Origin: Myxococcota bacterium
GTDB lineage: Bacteria > Myxococcota_A > UBA9160
DNA length: 64,000 nucleotides
Direction of reading: 5' to 3'
NCBI GenBank assembly: GCA_033853555.1
Contig: JAWOLJ010000066.1
Location: 22,044-86,043, forward strand
Shown: positions 20,166-27,393 of the stretch, piece by piece
How the letters are laid out: every line of letters begins with the position of its first letter
Position numbering within the stretch: the first letter of the stretch is position 1
Translations under genes and position numbers: made by a program
The notes under the pieces: generated by a model
Told to the model about the DNA's origin: nothing
The model's input: only the letters and a program-made list of their open reading frames with translations
Database searches by the model: none

Positions 20166-21839
20166 TCAGGCGTCTCGCCGCTTGCTGCCCTCGCTGCGCC
20201 GGCGCTCCTCCTCGCGCTCGCGCAGGTCGCGCCGCCGGATCTTCCCGGTCACCGTCATCGGGAACTCGTCCATGAACTCGATCTCGCGCGGGTACTCGTG
20301 GGCAGCGAGCTTCTTCTTCACGTGCTCCTGGATCCGACGCACGAGCTCCTCCGACGCCACCTGTCCGGGCAGCACCTTCACGAAGGCCTTGATGGCCTGA
20401 CCGCGCTGCGGATCGGGGACACCGATCACGGCGCAGGAGGCGACGCCCGGCACCTCCAGGATGGAGTTCTCGACCTCGGCCGGCCCCACGCGATAGCCGG
20501 AGGTCTTGATCACGTCGTCCGCCCGGCCCTGGAAGTAGAGGTAGCCCTCGTCGTCGGCGTGGCCGAGGTCGCCGGTCAAGCACCACTCGCCGGCGAACTT
20601 CTCCTTCATCGCGCCGGGATTCTTGTAGTACTCCTTCATCACCACGGGATCGTCCTTGCGGATCGCGATCTCGCCGATCTCCCCGTGGCGCAGCACGCGG
20701 CCTTCGGGATCCACCACCGCCACGTCGTGTCCGGGATAGGGCTTGCCGAGGGCCTCCAGCTTGAAGGGCTCGAGCGCGGAGCAGGTGCCGATGAAGTAGT
20801 TGGCCTCGGTCTGGCCGAAGCCCTGGTTGAACTCCACGCGCAGCACCTCCGCCACCCAGCGGCCGAGCTCCGGGCTCACGGGCTCGGCGCCGCTCACCAG
20901 GCAGCGCAGCGCCAGGTCCGGGTGCTTCTCGCGCGGCTTCGACACCTCGCGCAGCGACTTCAAGGCCGTGGGCGGATACAGCCCGACGGTCGCGCGGTAC
21001 TTCGCCATGAGACGCAGCGTCACCTCGGGATCGAAGCGGGCCTTGCTGCGGTAGGCGAGCACGGGCACGCCATAGGGCCAGATGCCGAGCAGGCCGTCCA
21101 GCAGCCCTCCGGCCCAGGCCCAGTCCGCCGGGCTGTAGTAGAGGTCGCCCTCGCGCAGGAAGTTGTAGGAGTAGTCGATGCCGTTGTGGCCGAGGACGTA
21201 CCGGCCGGCATGCAGCACGCCCTTCGGGTTGCCCGTCGTGCCCGAGGTGTACATCAGGAGGATCGGATCCTCGGGGCTCGACGGCTCCGGCTTGAGCTCG
21301 GCCGAGGCCTTCTCCAGCAGCTCCTGGAACGCAAGCCCGTCGCCGCGCCCACCCACCACGATCACGTGTCGCAGCTCGGGCAGCTCGCTCCGGATGCCGT
21401 CCAGCTTGTGCACGGTCTCCGGCTCCATCACGATGGCCTTGGCACCGCTGTTGGAGAGCCGGTACTGGATGGCGTCGGGGCCGAAGAGCTTCGAGATCGG
21501 CAGCCCGATCGCGCCGATGCGGTAGAGCGCCATGTGCACGATCGCGGTCTCGGGGCGCTGCGGCGTGTGAACCGCCACCACGTCGCCGCGTGCGATCCCG
21601 AGGCCGCGCAGCGCGTTGGCCGCCCGGTTGGAGAGGCGCAGCAGCTCGCCGAACGTGTACTGCTCCTCGTGCCCCTCGTCGTCCTCGTAGTAGAGCGCGA
21701 CGCGATCCTTCTGGAACTGGTTGCGGTCGAGGCAATCGGCCGTGACGTTGTAGTCGGGCGCGATCTGCCAGCGATGCCGAGCGCGGGCATCGGCCAGGCT
21801 CTTCGCCCCGTGCACCGTGAGTTCCTTGAGCCCGAGCAT
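20166..21839 (-). CDS. AMP-dependent acyl/aryl-CoA synthetase
   Basis: LMYTSGTTGNPKGVLHAGRY, ...GFGQTEANYFIG..., GDLGHADDEGYLYFQGRADDVIKTSGYRVGPAEVE, ...TVTGKIRRRDLRE. ATG 21839 chosen, not the ORF-track 22394. Confidence 0.85.
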   Translation of the reverse strand: MLGLKELTVHGAKSLADARARHRWQIAPDYNVTADCLDRNQFQKDRVALYYEDDEGHEEQYTFGELLRLSNRAANALRGLGIARGDVVAVHTPQRPETAIVHMALYRIGAIGLPISKLFGPDAIQYRLSNSGAKAIVMEPETVHKLDGIRSELPELRHVIVVGGRGDGLAFQELLEKASAELKPEPSSPEDPILLMYTSGTTGNPKGVLHAGRYVLGHNGIDYSYNFLREGDLYYSPADWAWAGGLLDGLLGIWPYGVPVLAYRSKARFDPEVTLRLMAKYRATVGLYPPTALKSLREVSKPREKHPDLALRCLVSGAEPVSPELGRWVAEVLRVEFNQGFGQTEANYFIGTCSALEPFKLEALGKPYPGHDVAVVDPEGRVLRHGEIGEIAIRKDDPVVMKEYYKNPGAMKEKFAGEWCLTGDLGHADDEGYLYFQGRADDVIKTSGYRVGPAEVENSILEVPGVASCAVIGVPDPQRGQAIKAFVKVLPGQVASEELVRRIQEHVKKKLAAHEYPREIEFMDEFPMTVTGKIRRRDLREREEERRRSEGSKRRDA

Positions 21840-22024
21840 CGCCGTCCTCCCCAGCGCCGGCGATCGCGCCGCGATCCGCCGGCGGATGCGGACCCGTTCC
21901 TTCGATCGTCGAGCAGGATAGATCAGCCGGGGTCCGGTGGGAGCGCGAAGTCGAGCGCTCGCGACGCGCGGTGGCGCCGGCGAACGGCGCTCGCGTGGAG
22001 AGGGCGTCGATCGTCGACGCGGCG

Positions 22025-22804
22025 TCAGGATCCCGCGGACGGCGCCCCCTGCAGGCTCACGCGGTGGCGGGGCTCGAACTCCGCCGCGCGTTCGAGCCAT
22101 GGCGCTCCGGGATCGACTTCCACCACGTCGTGTCGGGCGCGGAGCTCGGACTCCAGCGCCTTCGCGACGTCGTGCGTCGAGACGCTGCCGATCTCGTCCT
22201 CGATTGCGCCCGTCGTCGCCGGATCCCATCTGTAGCCGAGCGCGGCATACACCGGCTCCAGGGCCGCGCGCACGCGCGCGGCGTCGCGCACCACGATCAC
22301 GCCGCCCACGTGGGCGGCGCCGCGGATCACGCGCTGGCCGACACCCATCAGCTTGCGCCGGCCACGGGCATTCACGCTGTGGGCGCCGGGGCAATACTCG
22401 CCGGGCACCTCCCCCACCTGCGCGTCGACGCCGAGGCGCCGGAGCGCCGCCACCACGAGCGACGCCAGCGCGTCGAAGCGCTCCCGGATCCCCAGGCGCG
22501 AATCCTCGAGCGGAAGGCTCCAGGCGAAGGCCAGCGTGCCGCGATGGAAGACCGCAGCCCGGCCGCCGGCCAGGCGCAGCACCGGCGTGAAGCCCAGCGC
22601 GCGCGCCTCGCGCACGGCGACGGGAAAGCCGGGATGGGCGGCGTCGAGGACCGAGAACGCCAGCACCTCGTCCGGGACGTACAGGCGGAACGTCTCCGGC
22701 GCGCCACCCTCGGCCACGAGCTGGAGCAGCGCGCGCGAGACCGCGGTATCGAAGACCGGGCGCCCGGGGAACGCGCGCGTCGCGAGCTGGAGCGGCCGGC
22801 TCAT
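22025..22804 (-). CDS. Lipoate/biotin-protein ligase catalytic-domain (BPL/LPL) family protein
   Basis: ...ETFRLYVPDEVLAFSVLDAAHPGFP...RLAGGRAAVFHRGTLAFAWSLPLEDSRLGIRERFDALAS...RRKLMGVGQRVIRGAAHVGGVIVV: LplA/LipB-like core. ATG 22804. Confidence 0.65.
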   Translation of the reverse strand: MSRPLQLATRAFPGRPVFDTAVSRALLQLVAEGGAPETFRLYVPDEVLAFSVLDAAHPGFPVAVREARALGFTPVLRLAGGRAAVFHRGTLAFAWSLPLEDSRLGIRERFDALASLVVAALRRLGVDAQVGEVPGEYCPGAHSVNARGRRKLMGVGQRVIRGAAHVGGVIVVRDAARVRAALEPVYAALGYRWDPATTGAIEDEIGSVSTHDVAKALESELRARHDVVEVDPGAPWLERAAEFEPRHRVSLQGAPSAGS

Positions 22805-22853
22805 CGACGCCGGCCGCGGGACGCCGGCGGCGCCCCGCGGCCCTGGAGCCGCG

Positions 22854-23573
22854 TCACTGCGAGGAAGCGGTGGTGTAGCCGCGCCGCTGCATGCAGTCGC
22901 GGTACGCGGCCTCGGCCTGCGCGTTGCCCTGGTTGGCCTGATTGATGCCGTAGAGCGTGCCGCCGGCGATCCCCACCAGACCACCGATCGCCGCGCCCTT
23001 GCCGGCGCCCTTGCCACCGCCGGCGATGGCGCCGCCGGCGGCGCCGAGAGCCGCCCCGAGCAGGCCACCGATCGCGCCGCCCTTGACCGCTTGCTGTGTC
23101 TTCGTGCCGGCCGACGACGACGCGTAGCGGTTGCAGTCCTCGACGTCCACCGAGGCCGGCCGCACGGAGCTCGCGCTCGAGACCGGCGCCGTGCTGGCCA
23201 CGGGCGGCGCCTCTGCGGCCGGCTCCGCCGATCGCTCGCTTCGCGCAAGCGGTCGCTCCGCGGCACCACGCGGCGTCGGCGGATGCGTGTGCGCCGGTCG
23301 CGCCTCGGCGCCCGGCGCCCGCGCGGCCGGGAGCGCCGCCGTGTCGGACGCCGCGGCCTCCGGCGCGACCGCCCCGGGCGCGCTCGTCTCCGACGGGCTC
23401 GCTCCGGGCGCCGCCAGCGACGCCGCTCCTTCCGAGCGCCCCATCCGATAGGCCGTCACGACGCCGCCCGCGACCGCCGCCACCAGGATCGTCCCACCGA
23501 GCGCAAACGTCGCGAGCTTCCAGGGATTTTGTGCGGACACGCGACACCTCCTTCCGCTGGGGCATCGGGTCAC
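22854..23573 (-). CDS. Glycine-zipper (Gly-zipper_2TM-like) membrane/surface protein
   Basis: N-terminal TM (WKLATFALGGTILVAAVAGGVV), Ala/Pro-rich linker, C-terminal GGAIGGLLGAALGAAGGAIAGGGKGAGKGAAIGGLVGIAGG glycine zipper. Start may be an internal GTG (VSAQNP, about 23537). Confidence 0.55.
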   Translation of the reverse strand: MTRCPSGRRCRVSAQNPWKLATFALGGTILVAAVAGGVVTAYRMGRSEGAASLAAPGASPSETSAPGAVAPEAAASDTAALPAARAPGAEARPAHTHPPTPRGAAERPLARSERSAEPAAEAPPVASTAPVSSASSVRPASVDVEDCNRYASSSAGTKTQQAVKGGAIGGLLGAALGAAGGAIAGGGKGAGKGAAIGGLVGIAGGTLYGINQANQGNAQAEAAYRDCMQRRGYTTASSQ

Positions 23574-23678
23574 CCCCGATCCCGAAAGACCCCGTCCATC
23601 CGCCGTCTCCGGGGTGGAACCCTCGTCACGCGAGATCGGACCGTCGAGCCGCGCGCTCCGACGCGCACGGCGGCCGGG

Positions 23679-23897
23679 CTATTCGCTGCCCTTGGGGCGC
23701 CAGGCGTCGAGGTCGAGATCCTCTGACGGGACGGCGCCGCGCTGCGCGGCCGCGAAGTCCGAGACCAGGATGCGGAGCGTGGCGCCGCAGCCCCCCGGGC
23801 AGGGGAACTCCGGATGCTCGGTCAGCCAGCCGAGCGACTTCTCGCTGCGGTGGCCACAGCGCGGACAGGCGACCGGATGCGACACGGCATCGAGCAC
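23679..23897 (-). CDS. Hypothetical small zinc-ribbon-like protein (72 aa)
   Basis: CPRCGHRSEK...CPGGCGATL gives two CxxC pairs. Weak. Confidence 0.3.
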   Translation of the reverse strand: MLDAVSHPVACPRCGHRSEKSLGWLTEHPEFPCPGGCGATLRILVSDFAAAQRGAVPSEDLDLDAWRPKGSE

Positions 23898-24021
23898 GGG
23901 ACCACGCTCCCCGGGCCGAGGATAGCGAGCACCGGCGCGCCGTGCCGGGCGAGAGCGGGCGGCCCGGGAGGCTCCCTCTCGCGCTCTCCCCTCCGGCCAG
24001 TACCCACTACACCGACTGGGG

Positions 24022-24963
24022 TCAGCGAGGGCGAGCCCGCAGCCGGGACGCCGCGCGGCGCCTCCCGCCCAGCGCGCTGCGTCCGATTCCCAACGCCACC
24101 CCGGAGACGGCCAGGAGGAGGCCCGCCGACGGTTCGGGGACGGTCTCGGGCTGAATCGCGATCAGATGGGTCTCCGAGACATCGATCGTCAACGGGAACG
24201 GACTCTGGCAGAGCACGGAGACGCACTGGCGGAACTCGGCATCGATCGTGCCGGTGAGCGCGGGATAGAAGAATCCCGGACCCGTGTAGCTCGTGGTGAA
24301 CGCGGGATCGGTCTTGCTCTGCCAGGCTTGCGAGCCGGTTGAGGACGGCCCGCCGGGGTCGAGCGTGAGGCCGACGGAGTCGATCCGCGAGAAGGTGAGA
24401 CCCGGGAAGAGCGGCTGCTCCTGCGCAATGAACTTCGCGATCAAGTCGCTCAACGAGGCCTGGAAGATCGCGTCCACCCCGATCGAGGCATGGGTCGGTC
24501 CGGTCAGCAGGCTGTTCGTCGGGATGGGATCACCGAGCGGGACCACGACGACGAACGGCGAGTACTGGGATGGGTCGAAGGTGTAGCTGGTGGTCAGGGC
24601 CCCGATCGACGAGCTCACCTGGACCTGGACCGCGCCACCGACCGTCGCGCGGTAGACGCCCGGCGCGGTGTAGCCGAAGGCCGCGCTCACGTCCGGTACG
24701 AACCCCGACACCCCGACGCTCGCCGTGCCCGGGGTGGCGGGCCCGTTCGGGTCGAAGAGCACGCTCCCACCCAGGAACTGGACGCCCGTCGGAAGCAGGA
24801 CGGGCGTGCTGGCCAGCACGTCGTCCCGGATCTGGTAGTCGAAGGGGGTGGCGTCGCCGACGTGGACGTAGGCCGGAGCGGTGATGAAGTCCGCGTGGGC
24901 GGCCCGCGGCGGGAGACACAGGAGCGTCAGGAGGCCTAGGGCACCGAGGCCGAGCGAGCGCAT
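24022..24963 (-). CDS. PEP-CTERM sorting-domain secreted protein
   Basis: Signal peptide MRSLGLGALGLLTLLCLPPRAAHA; C-terminal ...QPETVPEPSAGLLLAVSGVALGIGRSALGGRRRAASRLRARPR. ATG 24963. The 1107-aa six-frame ORF upstream is antisense to nasA and rejected. Confidence 0.8.
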   Translation of the reverse strand: MRSLGLGALGLLTLLCLPPRAAHADFITAPAYVHVGDATPFDYQIRDDVLASTPVLLPTGVQFLGGSVLFDPNGPATPGTASVGVSGFVPDVSAAFGYTAPGVYRATVGGAVQVQVSSSIGALTTSYTFDPSQYSPFVVVVPLGDPIPTNSLLTGPTHASIGVDAIFQASLSDLIAKFIAQEQPLFPGLTFSRIDSVGLTLDPGGPSSTGSQAWQSKTDPAFTTSYTGPGFFYPALTGTIDAEFRQCVSVLCQSPFPLTIDVSETHLIAIQPETVPEPSAGLLLAVSGVALGIGRSALGGRRRAASRLRARPR

Positions 24964-25132
24964 GCGGAGCCCCTCTCGAGGTTCCCCGGCTCCCAGGGCC
25001 GGCATCCCGTGCGGGAAGGCAGGCGCAAGCCTTGTACACCGCGCGCCGCGGAGAATCAAGCTGCGCCGAGCGGGCCGGGGCGGGCGTCGCGATCGGGACG
25101 TCCCGCTGTGTCGGGGCCGCCTGCCGGCAGCC

Positions 25133-25171
25133 GAGGCACCGGCTGCGCTCGACGCAGGCACGGCTGCGCCG
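25133..25171 (+). promoter_or_regulatory. Tandem direct repeat AGGCAC(C)GGCTGCGC x2 upstream of nasA; candidate regulator binding site
   Basis: gaggcaccggctgcgctc (25133-25150) and gcaggcacggctgcgccg (25154-25171), 21-bp periodicity, about 85-120 bp upstream of the nasA start. Confidence 0.25.
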
Positions 25172-25254
25172 GCCCCCGCCCTGGTGTGCAGCCTTCCACC
25201 GCACCCGCCGAGGCATACGCCTTGCAGTTGCGCTCCACCCGAGCGGAGGCGCGA

Positions 25255-27393
25255 TTGCAATTGGCGGGGGATCGGGTCGAGCGCTGGATCCGAACGGGAT
25301 GTCCCTACTGCGGCGTGGGCTGCGGGCTCTCGGTGGGCGTCGCGGACGGACGCGTGCACAAGGTGAAGGGCGATCTCGCGCATCCCTCGAGCCGCGGCGA
25401 GGTGTGCCTGAAGGCCGCGTGCCTCCCGGCCACCGTCGATAATCCCGGTCGCGCGCGTCGCGCGCGGCTGCGCGCGAGCATCGGCGCGCCGTTCGCCGAG
25501 GCATCGCTCGACTCGGCCCTCGCGTTCGCCGCCGCCGAGCTGCGTCGGATCCTGCGCGAGAGCGGCCCCGATGCGATCGCGTTCTACGGCTCCGGACAGC
25601 TCACCACCGAGGACTACTACGTTCTCACCAAGCTCGTGAAGGGCTTTCTCGGCAGCGACAACCTGGACACCAACTCCCGGCTCTGCATGGCGAGCGCCGT
25701 GGCGGCCTATCGCCAGGCATTGGGCGCCGACGCGCCTCCCGGCGCCTATGCCGACATCGACGAGGCGGAGGTCTTCCTCCTGCTCGGCGCCAACGTGGCG
25801 GCCTGCCATCCCATCCTCTTTCGCCGCATCGAGAAGCGCCTGAAGGCCGATTCGGAGCGCGTGCGGGTGATCGTGGTGGACCCGCGCCGCACCGAGACCT
25901 GCGATCTCGCGCACATCCACCTGCCGATCCACCCGGGCACCGACGTGGCGCTGCTGAACGCAATGCTGCGCCTCGCGATCGTCGAAGGTCACGTGGACAA
26001 GGAGTTCGTGACGCGTCGCACGGAGGGCTTCGACGCCGTGCGCAGCGCCGTCGAGGACTGGACGGCGGAGGCGGCGGCCGAGCTCTGCGGCGTCCCGGCG
26101 GCGGCGATCCGGGACGCCGCCCGGCTCTTCGCGCGCTCGCGACGGGCGATGGTCCTCTGGAGCATGGGCGCCAACCAGAGCAGCCAGGGCGTGGCCAAGA
26201 ACCACGCGATCCTGAACCTCTGCCTGGCGACGGGCAACGTGGCGCGACCGGGAGCGGGCCCGCTCTCGCTCACCGGCCAGCCGAACGCGATGGGCGGCCG
26301 CGAGGTGGGCGGCCTGTCCGGTCTCCTCCCCGGCTATCGAAGCATCACCAGCCGCCACGACCGCGAGGTGGTGGCGCGGGCCTGGAGCGTCCCGGTGGAG
26401 CGCCTTCCCCAGCGCCCGGGTCGCACCGCCATCGAGATCGTGCGCGGACTCGAGGAGGGACGCGTCCGCGCGCTCTGGGTGCTCGCCTCGAACCCGGCGG
26501 CGTCGATGCCCGACCTGGAGCGCACCCGGAGTGCGCTGCGCCGCGCCGAGCTCCTGGTGGTGCAGGACGCCTTCTTCCCCACCGACACTGCGGAGCTCGC
26601 CCACGTGGTGCTGCCCGCGGCGGCGTGGCCGGAGAAGGACGGGGCGATGACCAACAGCGAGCGCTTCGTGACGCTTTCGCGACGGGTCGTGCCACCGCCC
26701 GGTGACGCGTTGCCGGACTGGCAGATCCTGGCGCGCCTCGCACGCGAGCTCGGATTCGGTCCGGCCTTTGCCTGGTCGAACGCCGCCGCGGTCTTCGACG
26801 AGTTCCGTCGTCTCACCGCGAGCACCGCGTGCGACCTCTCCGGCATCACGCACGCACGGCTCGCGCAGGGGCCCCTCCAGTGGCCGTGCCCGGCCGAGGA
26901 CCATCCGGGCTCGATTCGGCGCCACGAGTCGCGCTTCGCGACACCCGACGGCCGCGCTCGCTTCGTGCCCGTGCGGCCCCAGCCACCGGCGGAGCCGCTC
27001 TCCCGCGAGCTTCCCCTCGCCCTCACCACCGGACGCCTCAAGCCCCACTGGCACACCCGCACCCGCACGCGCTGGTCGGCGAACCTCGAGGGTCGCGCGC
27101 CGGAGCCCGTGCTGGAGATGCATCCCGAGGACGCTCGTCGCGCGGGCGTGGTGGACGGTGGCTTCGCCGAGGTGCGCTCTCGGCGCGGCGAGGTGGTGCT
27201 GCCGGTGCGCGTGACCGCGGAGATCCGACCGGGGACCCTCTTCCTGCCCTTCCACTGGACGCGGGCCGACGGCCTGCAGAAGGCCGCCAACAACCTGACC
27301 CACGACGCGCTCGATCCGGTCTCGAAGCAGCCCGAGCTCAAGCACTGCGCGGTACGCGTGAGGGCGCTCCGGACGCCGGGCCTGACACCGTGA
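25255..27393 (+). CDS. nasA: Assimilatory nitrate reductase catalytic subunit (molybdopterin oxidoreductase)
   Basis: ...RWIRTGCPYCGVGCGLSV (4Fe-4S Cys cluster), molybdopterin domain, C-terminal MopB barrel. TTG 25255 has GGAGG 6 nt upstream; start uncertain (ORF track 25009). Confidence 0.85.
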   Translation: MQLAGDRVERWIRTGCPYCGVGCGLSVGVADGRVHKVKGDLAHPSSRGEVCLKAACLPATVDNPGRARRARLRASIGAPFAEASLDSALAFAAAELRRILRESGPDAIAFYGSGQLTTEDYYVLTKLVKGFLGSDNLDTNSRLCMASAVAAYRQALGADAPPGAYADIDEAEVFLLLGANVAACHPILFRRIEKRLKADSERVRVIVVDPRRTETCDLAHIHLPIHPGTDVALLNAMLRLAIVEGHVDKEFVTRRTEGFDAVRSAVEDWTAEAAAELCGVPAAAIRDAARLFARSRRAMVLWSMGANQSSQGVAKNHAILNLCLATGNVARPGAGPLSLTGQPNAMGGREVGGLSGLLPGYRSITSRHDREVVARAWSVPVERLPQRPGRTAIEIVRGLEEGRVRALWVLASNPAASMPDLERTRSALRRAELLVVQDAFFPTDTAELAHVVLPAAAWPEKDGAMTNSERFVTLSRRVVPPPGDALPDWQILARLARELGFGPAFAWSNAAAVFDEFRRLTASTACDLSGITHARLAQGPLQWPCPAEDHPGSIRRHESRFATPDGRARFVPVRPQPPAEPLSRELPLALTTGRLKPHWHTRTRTRWSANLEGRAPEPVLEMHPEDARRAGVVDGGFAEVRSRRGEVVLPVRVTAEIRPGTLFLPFHWTRADGLQKAANNLTHDALDPVSKQPELKHCAVRVRALRTPGLTP

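Noticed and set aside
24963-25255. Possible sigma-54 (GG-N10-GC) promoter upstream of nasA around GGCACCGGCTGCG
   Set aside because: Spacing between the GG and GC elements is 8 and 7 nt in the two candidates, not 10. I kept only the direct repeat as a candidate regulator site.
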